Shown in pieces: positions 28,880 through 39,127 of a stretch of DNA of 64,000 nucleotides (position 1 is its first letter; every line of letters begins with the position of its first letter). The notes under the pieces are model-generated. The model was given only the letters and a program-made list of their open reading frames with translations, was not told where the DNA came from and searched no databases. The translations under genes were made by a program, and so were the position numbers. The DNA comes from an uncultured delta proteobacterium (GTDB lineage: Bacteria; Desulfobacterota; Binatia; UBA9968): NCBI GenBank assembly GCA_963728565.1, contig CAVSLC010000010.1, positions 160,001-224,000 of the forward strand, read 5' to 3'.

Positions 28880-29371
28880 ATGGCGTCTTTCGATGTTGTT
28901 AACCGTATCGACCTGCAGGAAGTCGATAACGCGGTGAATATCACCAAAAAGACAATTCAATCGCGCTACGATTTTCGCGAATCAAAAACGGAGATCGTGC
29001 TGGATAAGAAAGACAAGAAGATCAACGTTACGACTGAAGACGAAATGAAGATGCGGGCGGTGCAGGAAACATTGGTGGAAAATCTGGTCAAGCGAAAAGT
29101 CGACACCCGGTGTTTGGAATACAAGCCAAGCGAAATGGCAGCACAGGGGATGATCCAGAAGGCGATCACGATCAAGGAAGGAGTCGATTCCGATACTGCC
29201 CGGGCGATTGTCAAAATGATCAAGGATCAGAAGATGAAGGTTCAAGCGGCTATACAGGAAAAGCAGGTACGAGTCACGGCCAAAAAGATTGACGATCTGC
29301 AGGCTGTCATCAAACTGCTAAGGTCGTCGAATCTGCCCATTCCCCTGCAGTTCATCAATATGCAGAGCTGA
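28880..29371 (+). CDS. yajQ: YajQ family nucleotide/c-di-GMP-binding protein
   Basis: SFDVV..DLQEVDNA, RYDF, KVQAAIQ..VRVT.KKIDDLQ. Confidence 0.95.
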   Translation: MASFDVVNRIDLQEVDNAVNITKKTIQSRYDFRESKTEIVLDKKDKKINVTTEDEMKMRAVQETLVENLVKRKVDTRCLEYKPSEMAAQGMIQKAITIKEGVDSDTARAIVKMIKDQKMKVQAAIQEKQVRVTAKKIDDLQAVIKLLRSSNLPIPLQFINMQS

Positions 29372-29398
29372 GCGAGCAGGGTCGTTCAGGAGGAAACC

Positions 29399-29803
29399 AT
29401 GAGTGAAGCAAAGGAAAAGATCGAAAAGTCCGATGAAGAGTGGCGCAAAGAGCTGTCGCCGGAGCAGTACGAGGTGTGCCGCCAGAAAGGGACCGAACGG
29501 GCTTTCACCGGAAAATACTGGGACTGTCACGACCAGGGAACTTATCATTGTGCCTGTTGCGGCAACGAACTATTCAGCTCCGACAGCAAATTCGATTCCG
29601 GCACCGGGTGGCCGAGTTTTTACCGGCCGATTGCCGAAGACAAGGTCGAAACCGAAAGCGACAACAGCTTTCTTATGCGCCGCACGGAAGTGCTCTGCGG
29701 TCGATGCAATGCTCATCTAGGCCATGTTTTTGATGACGGGCCTGCGCCGACTCACTTGCGCTATTGCATCAATTCGGCCTCATTGAAGTTGGAAAAGAAG
29801 TAG
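29399..29803 (+). CDS. msrB: Peptide methionine-(R)-sulfoxide reductase
   Basis: [35 protein letters not shown]. Confidence 0.97.
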   Translation: MSEAKEKIEKSDEEWRKELSPEQYEVCRQKGTERAFTGKYWDCHDQGTYHCACCGNELFSSDSKFDSGTGWPSFYRPIAEDKVETESDNSFLMRRTEVLCGRCNAHLGHVFDDGPAPTHLRYCINSASLKLEKK

Positions 29804-29816
29804 ACCCTGCCTTTCG

Positions 29817-30272
29817 ATGGATGGGCAAGCATTTCAGGATCAGGGCACGGTGCGCTACTGCCACGGCTGCGGCGCCGACAACCAACAAGGTTTACGCATC
29901 AAAAGCTACTGGGATGGCGAGGAAGCGATAGCAAGCTGGCATGCGCAGCCGCACCATTGTGGCGGGACCAAACAAAACCTCAATGGCGGCATCATTGCTT
30001 CGCTCATCGATTGCCACAGCTTGAATCTGGCTATCGCGCACGCCTACAGGCAGGAGCAACGTTCGATAGGTAGTACGCCGCGCATCGGCTACGTCACGGC
30101 GAATCTAAACGTGTCCTATCTAAAGCCTACGCCGCTTGCGGAACTGATCCATTTGCGTGCGCGCATCATCAAAATCGAGGGCCGCAAGGCATGGGTCAGT
30201 TGCGCATTGACCGCCGCCGGCGAGCTTCGAGCCACAGGAGAGGTGCTCGGAGTGCGGGTGCATTGGGAGTAA
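29817..30272 (+). CDS. PaaI-family hotdog thioesterase
   Basis: CHGCG.N..GL, NGGIIASLIDCH, VTANLNVSYLKPTP. Confidence 0.85.
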   Translation: MDGQAFQDQGTVRYCHGCGADNQQGLRIKSYWDGEEAIASWHAQPHHCGGTKQNLNGGIIASLIDCHSLNLAIAHAYRQEQRSIGSTPRIGYVTANLNVSYLKPTPLAELIHLRARIIKIEGRKAWVSCALTAAGELRATGEVLGVRVHWE

Positions 30273-30275
30273 ACA

Positions 30276-30369
30276 GGTTCAAAATTAAGGTTCAAATCGT
30301 TCAAGCCGATGAAGTCCACGACGCGCTCTTAACGTTTTGAACTATTTGAACGTATTAAACGGCTTGAAC
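30276..30369. repeat. Cluster of GTTCAA direct repeats followed by TTGAAC inverted copies
   Basis: GGTTCAAA..GGTTCAAA.CGTTCAAG ... TTTGAAC..TTTGAAC..TTAAAC..TTGAAC. Confidence 0.6.
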
Positions 30370-30386
30370 AGACGTTTCTGGGATCT

Positions 30387-31331
30387 ATGGAATACACTAT
30401 TTTAGGTCGCACGGGTCTTAAGGTAAGCGTCGCCGGTCTGGGCTGCGGCGGGCCGAGCCGCCTCGGGCTGCGCGACAACGCCGCCGCCGAAGCCGGCGCC
30501 GTTTCGCTGGTTCGACAGGCCATCGACTTGGGTATCAATTTTCTCGATACCGCTCAGTCGTATGGAACCGAGCCCGTCGTCGGCAAAGCGATTGCCGGAC
30601 TACCACGGGAGGACTTGATTGTCTCGACCAAAAAGACCTTACCGCCGGTCGATCACAGCAACCCCGCGGAGCAGGTCATCAAGGGTCTGGAGCAGAGTCT
30701 GAAATCAATCGGCACCGACTATATCGATATCTATCATCTTCATGGCGTCGAGCCGAAAGATTACGTCTTTGCCAAAGAAGAATTAATGCCGGCCATGCGG
30801 CGCCTGCGCGATCAAGGCAAGATTCGCTTTATCGGTGTTACCGAGGGGTTTGCGACGGATACGTCGCATCGGATGCTCCAAGAAAGTTTGACAGAAGATC
30901 TCTGGGACGTGGTGATGGTCGGCTTTAACCTTCTCAATCCGTCCGCGCGCAGAACCGTCTTCCCGTTGACGGCCGCAAAAAAGGTCGGGGTTTTGGACAT
31001 GTTCGCCGTCCGCAGGGCTTTGAGCCAGTCGGATCGTTTAAGAAGCTTGTGCGGCGAATTGATGCAAAAGGGAGTGCTTCCGCATGGCGCTGTCGATGCG
31101 GACGATCCGCTTGGTTTTCTTCTCGAGGAAGAGGTTGCCGCGACAATCCCGGAAGCGGCTTATCGCTTCTGCCGGCATGAACCCGCCGTCGATGTTGTCC
31201 TCACCGGCACCGGCAACCCCGAACATCTTAAAGCCAATATCGAAGCTATTCTGAAGCCGCCCTTGCCCGCACCGGCACTCGAACGATTGGAAAAATTGTT
31301 CGGCGAGCTGGATTCACTCACCGCGAACTAG
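30387..31331 (+). CDS. Aldo/keto reductase
   Basis: LGRTGLKVS, GINFLDTA.SYG, DYIDIYHLH, GKIRFIGV. Confidence 0.92.
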   Translation: MEYTILGRTGLKVSVAGLGCGGPSRLGLRDNAAAEAGAVSLVRQAIDLGINFLDTAQSYGTEPVVGKAIAGLPREDLIVSTKKTLPPVDHSNPAEQVIKGLEQSLKSIGTDYIDIYHLHGVEPKDYVFAKEELMPAMRRLRDQGKIRFIGVTEGFATDTSHRMLQESLTEDLWDVVMVGFNLLNPSARRTVFPLTAAKKVGVLDMFAVRRALSQSDRLRSLCGELMQKGVLPHGAVDADDPLGFLLEEEVAATIPEAAYRFCRHEPAVDVVLTGTGNPEHLKANIEAILKPPLPAPALERLEKLFGELDSLTAN

Positions 31332-31340
31332 TCTAGGCTG

Positions 31341-31465
31341 GCAGGCTGCTGAAACAGACCCGATATGCTTCGTTGCGCTCAAATCGCCTCGCTGCAACGT
31401 TGTGGAAGTACGCCTTAGCTCGTCGATTTTTGCGCGCCTTCTATCTTCATTTTGAGCAGCTTCTT
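31341..31465. repeat. Repeat family A copy, opposite orientation
   Basis: GCAGGCTGCTGAAA...ATGCTTCGTTGCGCTCAAATCGCCTCGCTG...AAGTACGCCTT.GCTCGTCGATTTT...TTTGAGCAGC is the reverse complement of 58765-58914. Confidence 0.8.
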
Positions 31466-31550
31466 ATTCCGAAGTAGATCTTCTCTGTGACATCTCAGGC
31501 AGCTTTTCGTCGCGTGTCAGCCGGTGCCAAATCAACGATTCCTGCTGCTA

Positions 31551-32663
31551 TTAGGGGTTCGACTCAAACAGCTTTGAGTATTGCTCCCATGGTGCGGGTG
31601 CGACGCGGGCGGTGCGCATGTTTTCTTCGACATGCTTGAGCTGTTTCATGCCCACAAGCGCGGTGGTGACTCCCGCGGTCGAACGCACGAATTGAATCGA
31701 TCTTTGGCTGTCGGTTTCAAGCCCGTTTAATGCGGCGCCGATCATCGACGGAAGATTGGCGGCGAGCTGGCCCTGTAGAATGGAGGCGCTGCACATAACC
31801 GTAACGTCCAAGGCTTGCGCCGCTTCTAAAACGGTAACGGTTTTGTCTCCTACTGTTTGGTTTGGCAGGGACAACGCTTCAGTCATGCCAAGATTGAACG
31901 GCAATTGTATGACCGCAAAATGGTGATCTTTGCCGCCGGCTTTTGTCGCTAGACCGATTATCTCGGCCAGCGACAGGTAATCCTTTGCCTGCGGATCACT
32001 GCGATATCCGTTCCAGGTCGCGGTGCCGTACATGCGGATTTTTCCCGCCGAGACCGCCTGCTCCATTGCTTCGAAAGCCTTCAGCAAACGGCTATTGAAT
32101 TCCTCACGGGATATTTTGCCTAACTGGCTTTCCGGATTGTGGACGTAATAGATATCGAGGCACTCGAGAGACAGATTTTTCAAACTGCAATCGAGCTGAT
32201 TCAAGAGATAAGCCGGGCTCATGCAATGAGAGTTGCTGACGATGTCGGAGGCGCTGGCGATGCCGGGCTGAAAGAAGGTTTCTTCAAAATAGCGCCGCAC
32301 ATCGGCTGGCGGCGAGCTGTCATAAGGAATGAACCCTCCCTTGGTGGCGACAATAATTTCATCCCTTTGAAATCCCTTGGCCGCAAGATCCTGCAAGGCT
32401 GCACCGACTGCGCGCTCGCTTCGTTGCAGGCGATAATTTATCGCGCTGTCGATCACGTTACAGCCGCACTGAACCGCGCGGCTGATAGCCTGGCAGTACT
32501 GACGGTCGGTCTCCGTGTTGTAATCCCCGAGATAAGTGCCGATCCCGACCGAAGACATCCACAAGCCTTGAGATTGCCGAAAGTGATCGCGGTGAATTCT
32601 ATCGGCAAAACGCTCGCGGTAACGGTCCGTGCCCGCAAGTGTCGCTGCGCCGGGGATTATCAT
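31551..32663 (-). CDS. Aldo/keto reductase
   Basis: SSVGIGTYLG, IDSAINYR.QRSE, TKGG, LDIYYVHNPE, GKIRMYG. Confidence 0.9.
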   Translation of the reverse strand: MIIPGAATLAGTDRYRERFADRIHRDHFRQSQGLWMSSVGIGTYLGDYNTETDRQYCQAISRAVQCGCNVIDSAINYRLQRSERAVGAALQDLAAKGFQRDEIIVATKGGFIPYDSSPPADVRRYFEETFFQPGIASASDIVSNSHCMSPAYLLNQLDCSLKNLSLECLDIYYVHNPESQLGKISREEFNSRLLKAFEAMEQAVSAGKIRMYGTATWNGYRSDPQAKDYLSLAEIIGLATKAGGKDHHFAVIQLPFNLGMTEALSLPNQTVGDKTVTVLEAAQALDVTVMCSASILQGQLAANLPSMIGAALNGLETDSQRSIQFVRSTAGVTTALVGMKQLKHVEENMRTARVAPAPWEQYSKLFESNP

Positions 32664-32968
32664 CGTGATCCTTTACGTTTGCTGCTCAGGAGTGGACCGT
32701 GCAAACCTGAGTTTTTGCCTGCATGGTGAGAAAATCATAAAAAGTGCGATCATGAGCATTGCTGCCAAGTTGGGAACGCCGCCTAGCGAGCGAGATCAGT
32801 GTAGCAGAGACAGGTTCATTCTGAAAAGTTTATTGTTGAAGCAGTTGCCATCGGCAATCTGCTTACTTGAATGAACCAGTCCGCGGGCAGGCATGGTTAA
32901 TGGTTTCAGTATGGCGCGATACCCCGGGCGCTCCCGCTTTCCGCGCCACCTTCTCTCACACCGGGCCG

Positions 32969-33736
32969 TTAAAAGGAGTCTTTGAGCCGGCGCACTTTCG
33001 CAAAGACGGAAACAGGATCTGCACGGAGATCAGGGTCCTGAGATTTGAGGGTCGCTTGAAGCTCTTTACTATCCCAGCGCAAGAACGGGTTAGTTTGCTT
33101 TTCTTCTTCCAGGGTGGCGGGAACCGTGGAAGCGCCGCGCGCTCTTAATCCCTGCACCCGCTCAAATCTGGAGGCCAGCTTATGGTTCTTTGGTTCCAGT
33201 GTCACGGCAAAACGGAGATTGCTTTCGGTATATTCGTGACCGCAATAAACTTTCGTATCATCCGGAAGCGCCAGCAGTTTTTTTAGCGATCCATGCATCT
33301 GCTCGGGCGTGCCCTCGAACAGCCGGCCGCAGCCGGCGGTGAATAGAGTGTCGCCGCAAAACAGGTTGCTGCCGAAGAGATAAGCGACATGGCCGCTGGT
33401 GTGCCCGGGAACAAAAAGAACTTTGCCGCTCACATCACCGATCTTGATCTCATCCCCTTCTTCGACGCCTCGGGTCAAACCGAAGATTCTCGCGCTATCA
33501 CTCTTATGACCGTAAACATCGAGCTTGTGGTGCGCAAGAATTCCCTCGTTGCCGCCGGTGTGATCGCGATGATGATGTGTGTTTAGTATCGCCGTGAGAG
33601 TGACGTTTTCCTGTTCTGCTCGCCTCAAGACCGGCTCGGCTTCAGAGGGGTCGATGACCGCCGCCTCTTTGCTCTTATCGCAGATAATTAGATAAGCGTA
33701 ATTATCCCGCAGTAGCGGAACCTGGATGATCTTCAT
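32969..33736 (-). CDS. gloB: Hydroxyacylglutathione hydrolase (glyoxalase II)
   Basis: DNYAY, THHHRDHTGG, PGHTSGH, GDTLFTAGCGR, CGHEYT, TNPFLR. Confidence 0.95.
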   Translation of the reverse strand: MKIIQVPLLRDNYAYLIICDKSKEAAVIDPSEAEPVLRRAEQENVTLTAILNTHHHRDHTGGNEGILAHHKLDVYGHKSDSARIFGLTRGVEEGDEIKIGDVSGKVLFVPGHTSGHVAYLFGSNLFCGDTLFTAGCGRLFEGTPEQMHGSLKKLLALPDDTKVYCGHEYTESNLRFAVTLEPKNHKLASRFERVQGLRARGASTVPATLEEEKQTNPFLRWDSKELQATLKSQDPDLRADPVSVFAKVRRLKDSF

Positions 33737-33970
33737 GTGTAAGGAATGCGCCTTTCGAATCGGAACGAGCCCCGTCCCTGTTGATAAAGAGCTATCACAT
33801 ATTATCACGTATCTAAAGCGAAACACGATTAGAAGCTGAGTTGCGCGGCAGACCACGATCGCGAATCGATTGATCGCTGCTAGTTCCAGAGAACTCCCGT
33901 GTGGTTAAAGATCGGTGTTTCATGATATGACCCGGTCCATCGACCTGGAGCAATTTCGAAAGGACGTAAC

Positions 33971-34945
33971 ATGAAACCAATCCTAATTAGCCTTGTCCTT
34001 CTGATGTGGACGCATGCTCTTGGAGCCGCGGATAGGATCCGGATCGGCTACAGTTCGATCAGCGGCGCCTACATCCCCATCTGGGTTGCGCATGATGCCG
34101 GCTACTTTGCCAAAGAAGGCCTGGAAGATCAGATCGTGCTGATTCCCAGCGGCACTCAGCTGGCGCAAGTAACCGTCGCCGGCGAAATCGATGTCGGCTC
34201 GATGAACGGCAGCTCTGCAATGGCCGCGGCGCTGCAGGGCGCCGATTTAAAGATCATTGGGAATTCCGGCAATAAGATGATCTTTTCTCTCTATGTCAGG
34301 CCTGAGATCCAAACCATCGAAGCGTTGAAGGGGAAGAAGATCGGCATCACCCGTTTTGGTTCTGCGCCCGACATTTCGATCCGTTACGCGCTGAGAAAAT
34401 ACAACATCAATGCAGAGCGAGATCTCACGTTGATCCAGCTCGGCTTTATGGCGACTGTTGCAGCCGGGCTGCAAGGTGGATCGATCGAAGGCGGAGTGGT
34501 TTCGCCGCCAACCCAATTCGCAGTCGAAAAGGCCGGCTTCAAAGAATTGATCAATATTACGGATATGGACTTTGCTTTCCCCAATCCTTCTCTGGTGGCG
34601 GTCGGATCCGTCATTAAAAGCAGGCCCGCTGTCATCGACCGCTTCATGCGCGCCTATGCGCGCGGCGTTCAGCGCGCCCGCAGCGATAAAGAGTTGACGT
34701 ATAAGTCGATGTCCAAGTACACCAAAATCCAGGACCAGACGGTTTTACACAAGGCTTACGAGCTCTACATGGGCAAGGTGCTGGAGAAGGCGCCCTACAT
34801 CAACATGACCGGGCTGCAGAACGCGCTCGATGATCTGGCGAAAACAGTGCCTGCCGCCAAAACCGTTAAGCCTGAGCAATTTGTCGATCGACGCTTCCTC
34901 GATAATTTAGATCGAAGTGGTCTCATGAAAGAGCTCTATCCATGA
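33971..34945 (+). CDS. ABC transporter substrate-binding protein (NMT1/SsuA family)
   Basis: Signal peptide; GYFAKEGL, LKGKKIGITRFGS, FVDRRFL. Confidence 0.88.
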   Translation: MKPILISLVLLMWTHALGAADRIRIGYSSISGAYIPIWVAHDAGYFAKEGLEDQIVLIPSGTQLAQVTVAGEIDVGSMNGSSAMAAALQGADLKIIGNSGNKMIFSLYVRPEIQTIEALKGKKIGITRFGSAPDISIRYALRKYNINAERDLTLIQLGFMATVAAGLQGGSIEGGVVSPPTQFAVEKAGFKELINITDMDFAFPNPSLVAVGSVIKSRPAVIDRFMRAYARGVQRARSDKELTYKSMSKYTKIQDQTVLHKAYELYMGKVLEKAPYINMTGLQNALDDLAKTVPAAKTVKPEQFVDRRFLDNLDRSGLMKELYP

Positions 34946-35370
34946 TTGCGCGCGCGGCTTGCGCTGGTCCATTTGCTAAAAGGCATGCTTATCGACCGCG
35001 CTACCGTGGCGCGCGGCGGTGCACATGGGAACCCTCGAGTAGGAGCGGCATTTCCCGATCTGTCGCCTCGCAGGACAAAGATAGCAGATGAAAAAACGAG
35101 TCATTATGAGATTTATCAGAGTTGGGGAGAGATCACGATTAACAAGGGATTATTGCCGGTGACCTTCTATCGCTCGATCGGGAGAGTGGCGTCGACGGGC
35201 AGTAAGGGCGCGTTCGTCAATCAAAGACGGCGCCGAAGCGCACATCGGCATGATAACAGACTCCCGGCTATTCTTCTCTTCGGACGCTGCGTCAAGAAAT
35301 TGGTGTTCCGGGTAAGTTAGGTGTGTTAAACTAGGCAGGTTCCACTCGGCGACTGCCGATTCAACTGCTC

Positions 35371-35754
35371 ATGCACCTCCGAGCTTCAAAACCTAAGACC
35401 GTCATCAACGCCAAAGGCTTCAGCCTGCTCGAGCTGCTTGTGGTCGTTGCCATCATCGGCTTGTTGACTGCCATCGCCATCCCAGAGTTTCTATCATACC
35501 GGGCGCGCTCCGTGGACAGCCAAATGAAAAGCGATCTCAAGAATGCCGCTCTGGCGATGGACTCCTACTTTGCCGAGAAGAAAGTATACCCCACTTCTGT
35601 TGCCGCCATCGTAGCCGTGGGCTTCACTCAAACAGAGGGCGTTGCCCTGACGATTGCCGTTCCCACGCCCTCTTCATTTACAATCACGGCCAGCAAGCCT
35701 AGCGGCACCCAGCCTAGTTTCACTTTCAGTAGTGTCACCGGCACGATCAATTGA
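35371..35754 (+). CDS. Type IV pilin-like protein
   Basis: Prepilin cleavage motif KG/FSLLELLVVVAIIGLLTAIAIP. Confidence 0.9.
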   Translation: MHLRASKPKTVINAKGFSLLELLVVVAIIGLLTAIAIPEFLSYRARSVDSQMKSDLKNAALAMDSYFAEKKVYPTSVAAIVAVGFTQTEGVALTIAVPTPSSFTITASKPSGTQPSFTFSSVTGTIN

Positions 35755-35760
35755 CGCTGC

Positions 35761-36726
35761 TTACAACCAGCCGGCTTTGCGGAAACGGATGAAAAGGTAA
35801 GCGTCGATGACGACCATTGTGATCAGCGTGAAGGGATAACCCCACGGCGAACTCAGCTCGGGCATATGTTGGAAGTTCATTCCGTAGATTCCCGCGATCA
35901 GCGTGGGTACGGTTATGAGCGCCGCGTAGGACCCCAGACGCTTGGTAATTTCGTTTTCCTGAATCGTAATAAGCGACAGGTTGACTGAAATCGCCGTTAC
36001 CACCATATCGCGCAGGCTATCGATGGATTGATTCAAGCGGGTCAGATGATCGTAAACATCACGGAAGTAATCCTGCAAACTTAGACATAGTTGCGGCACC
36101 CGGCCGCCGAACAGACGGGTGATTGCTTCGATCAGAGGCTCGGTGGCATGTTTCAAAACGGTCAGCTTACGCTTCAGTTCATAGAGGTCCTCGATGTTTG
36201 CGCGACTATTTTGGTTAGCGAAGATTTGCTCTTCGATGCGCTCAAGATTCGTGTCCAAGGCGTCGAGGATGGGAAAGTAGCGGTCTACCACCGCATCCAT
36301 CAGCGCATAGAGCACGTACCCGGTGCCGTGCTTCATCAGCTCGGGCTCGCGCTCGCATCGCTGGCGGACCTCGACGAAGCCGCGCTGCGCCTGCCGGCGA
36401 ACCGACAAGACGTAATTCCGGCCGACGAAGATCTCTGTTTCGCCGACGACGAGCTCATCCCCGGCGAACTCAATCATGTGCAGAACCACAAAAAGCGACT
36501 CGCCGTACTCCTCGATTTTGGGCCGCTGATGACCGTGTTGCGCATCTTCGACAGCAAGCTCGTGCAGTCCGAAGACTTTCTGCATCTTTTCGAGCTCACT
36601 CGGCTCCGGGTCTTTCAAGGCAATCCAGACGAAGCACGCCGGCCGGTTGATATAGGCAGGTATCTCCTCGACGGAAATGTCGGCGAGCTTGTGGCCGTTC
36701 TCGTAGGCGGCGCAGTTGATGATCAT
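35761..36726 (-). CDS. corA: Magnesium/cobalt transporter CorA
   Basis: GLHELAVED..HQRPKIEEY, YFRDVYDH, GIYGMNF..MPEL. Confidence 0.95.
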   Translation of the reverse strand: MIINCAAYENGHKLADISVEEIPAYINRPACFVWIALKDPEPSELEKMQKVFGLHELAVEDAQHGHQRPKIEEYGESLFVVLHMIEFAGDELVVGETEIFVGRNYVLSVRRQAQRGFVEVRQRCEREPELMKHGTGYVLYALMDAVVDRYFPILDALDTNLERIEEQIFANQNSRANIEDLYELKRKLTVLKHATEPLIEAITRLFGGRVPQLCLSLQDYFRDVYDHLTRLNQSIDSLRDMVVTAISVNLSLITIQENEITKRLGSYAALITVPTLIAGIYGMNFQHMPELSSPWGYPFTLITMVVIDAYLFIRFRKAGWL

Positions 36727-36890
36727 ACTGTCTGAGCTCTCGTATCTACAGGAGTTCCGTGAGTTCCGCGGCTCGGCGCTAGAATTTATTTTCTGCGGAT
36801 CAACTTACCTATCTAGTTCACGGGCCCAACGCTCGGTTATAGGTTTATGACGGCTAACAAGGTTCTTGCAGGTTCCCTGCCGGCAGTTTT

Positions 36891-37628
36891 TTACCTGGGA
36901 GTTCGCAAGAAAAATGTCTGTCCTGTGACAAATCTGGTTGCATCGCTCAGCAGATACCTAACCAGTCCGACGATCTCGTCTTTCTGAGTGAGCCCGTCCA
37001 GGAGCGGCGGAACTTCTTCGCGCTTTTTGAACTGTTCGGGTGTAAAACCGATCCTCGACATCGGCGTATCGGTTGCTCCCGGGCACACCGCGTTGACGGT
37101 GATGTCGTATGGCGCCAATTCCATCGCTAATGATTTGGTAAAGGCGATGACGCCGGCTTTGGATGCGGCATAGTGCGCTGCTCGAGCTTGTCCGGCGACG
37201 CCGCGCCCGGAGGCGATGCTCAAGATGCGTCCCTTTTTCTTTGGTATCATGTGCCTGGCGGCCGCCTGGGAACAGAGAAAAACGCCCTTGAGATTGATTC
37301 TCATGACCCGGTCCCATTCTTCTTCGGGCATGTCGACCACCGCAATGCGATCCATGACCCCTGCGCCGCAGAAAACGTAGTCCACCGCGCCGTATTTGGC
37401 GATGGATTGATCCATCATCGCGGCGACGCTCTGCGGATTGCCGACATCGACTTGGATGGCGCTCGCTTCTCCGCCTGACTGACCTATTTCTGCCGCGACT
37501 TTTTCCGCCGCGTCTTTTGCATAGTCGGCGATGAGTACCTTTAATCCATCGCTCGCCAGCCCTCGGCACAAGTCGGAACCAATGCCACCGGCGCCGCCGG
37601 TCACGATAATGACTTCGTTCATATCCAT
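36891..37628 (-). CDS. SDR-family oxidoreductase
   Basis: VTGGAGGIG, YAASKAG, VNAVCPG. Confidence 0.92.
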   Translation of the reverse strand: MDMNEVIIVTGGAGGIGSDLCRGLASDGLKVLIADYAKDAAEKVAAEIGQSGGEASAIQVDVGNPQSVAAMMDQSIAKYGAVDYVFCGAGVMDRIAVVDMPEEEWDRVMRINLKGVFLCSQAAARHMIPKKKGRILSIASGRGVAGQARAAHYAASKAGVIAFTKSLAMELAPYDITVNAVCPGATDTPMSRIGFTPEQFKKREEVPPLLDGLTQKDEIVGLVRYLLSDATRFVTGQTFFLRTPR

Positions 37629-37684
37629 CTATCTCCTCGATCGTTTTTTCGCCGAAGCTACCACTTGTGCTTGCGATGGGTCAA

Positions 37685-37803
37685 TCAGGCGACGGCGCGC
37701 GAATCACAAGGATGAAAGCGGAAATCTGCAAGCGGAATTGAGTTTTCAGCTTTCATAATTCATCTTTTCGAAAGCATGTGAGCCTTTTTCGTCAGACTGT
37801 TAG
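37685..37803. repeat. Degenerate family A repeat end with the GGATGAAAGCGGAAATCTG module
   Basis: ACAAGGATGAAAGCGGAAATCTGCAAGCGGAATT..TTTCAGCTTT..TCATCTTT nearly identical to 28771-28832. Confidence 0.65.
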
Positions 37804-38207
37804 TAATCGTCTGGAGTGCTTCGGTGATACTGAAGCCGTACGTTGCCTTTCTCGACCATGCGGTCGAATCGCCGCCGCAGCCAGCGCTTGAAGATGGTTC
37901 GGGTGAAAGGGATCAACAGCACTAGAGCGGCGAAGTCGGTGATGACTCCGGGTACGACAAACAGAACTCCACCGGCAAAGATCAAGACGCTATCAAGCAT
38001 CTCTTCCGCCGGCAGAATACCTTGCGAAAGGTTTTGCCTGATCTGATGCAAGGTTCTGAGGCCCTCGAAGCGGGCAAGCAACAATCCCAAGAGCCCGCTG
38101 AAGATTATCAAGGCGATGGTTAGAAGTGGGCCGAGATAGCTGCCTATTTTGATCAGGATATATAATTCCAGGAGAGGCAGTCCGATAAATAGAAGAGCCA
38201 GACGCAT
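37800..38207 (-). CDS. fxsA: FxsA family membrane protein
   Basis: PLLELYILIKIG, GGVLFVVPGVITD..LLIPFTR. Confidence 0.9.
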   Translation of the reverse strand: MRLALLFIGLPLLELYILIKIGSYLGPLLTIALIIFSGLLGLLLARFEGLRTLHQIRQNLSQGILPAEEMLDSVLIFAGGVLFVVPGVITDFAALVLLIPFTRTIFKRWLRRRFDRMVEKGNVRLQYHRSTPDDY

Positions 38208-38209
38208 GG

Positions 38210-39127
38210 CTAAAGATTAACCCTTTTAGCGAGATCAGACGATATCGGCGCTGGAGATAATTCCGGATGGACAAGCTGGCTGAGTATTTCCAACCCGTCG
38301 ATGAGACGCGGCCCCGGCCGACTAAAATAATCCGCGCCGCTGACTGCGAAAACGCGGCCGTCTTTGACCGCGGGCAAGGTTTGCCAACCCGGGCGATTCT
38401 TCAGCGAGAAACTTTCTCGAACTGCGCGGTCCAGGTCAAAGCCGCAGGGCATTAAAATCAAGACCTCCGGCCGGGATGCGGCGACGGCGTCCCAATCGAC
38501 TTTGGCCGAACGCTCGCCTGCGGCTCCCAGAATGGCGTTACCGCCGGCGATCTCGACCATTTCGGGTACCCAATGGCCCGCCATGTAAATGGGATCAAAC
38601 CACTCCAAACAGGCCACTCGTGGTCGTGAAGCTGATCGCGTCGTTCGATCGCGTACCGCTTGTATTCGAAATTCGAGCTCTTGAACCAGTGACTCGGCCT
38701 GCTGCGCCCTATGGGTCGCTTTGCCGATGCGCAACACATCGTTCAATATATCACCGAGACAATGCGGGTCGAGTGAGACGATGCAGGGATCTCGCGCAAG
38801 CGAGCGCGCCGCTTGGACGACATCGTTGTAATCCAGCGCGCAGACGTCACATAATCCTTGGGTGAGAATGACGTCGGGTTCACTGTCTTTGAATCGTTTC
38901 TCATCGAGCGCGTACAGGCTTTGCTGCGAGCGCAGCAGATCGCCCACTCGTCGATCGATTTCTCCGCTGCCGATCATCGTCGGATCGATCCGGCTTCTTA
39001 CCATCACCGGTTTCGATCGAGCTGCCGCCGGGAAATCGCATTCGTGACTGACGCCGACGATCTCGTCGGCCAATCCGAGAGCGCATGCGATCTCGGTGGC
39101 GCCGGGAAGCAGGGAACAGATCCGCAT
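38210..39127 (-). CDS. BtuF/cobalamin-iron-siderophore-binding-like protein
   Basis: MRICSLLPGATEI..LG, VGVSHECDFP, TQGLCDVCA, GHWVPEM, FSRPGPRL. Confidence 0.85.
   Translation of the reverse strand: MRICSLLPGATEIACALGLADEIVGVSHECDFPAAARSKPVMVRSRIDPTMIGSGEIDRRVGDLLRSQQSLYALDEKRFKDSEPDVILTQGLCDVCALDYNDVVQAARSLARDPCIVSLDPHCLGDILNDVLRIGKATHRAQQAESLVQELEFRIQAVRDRTTRSASRPRVACLEWFDPIYMAGHWVPEMVEIAGGNAILGAAGERSAKVDWDAVAASRPEVLILMPCGFDLDRAVRESFSLKNRPGWQTLPAVKDGRVFAVSGADYFSRPGPRLIDGLEILSQLVHPELSPAPISSDLAKRVNL

Noticed and set aside
34946-35320. 124-aa ORF upstream of the pilin
   Set aside because: TTG start without RBS and no recognisable motifs; likely non-coding promoter region
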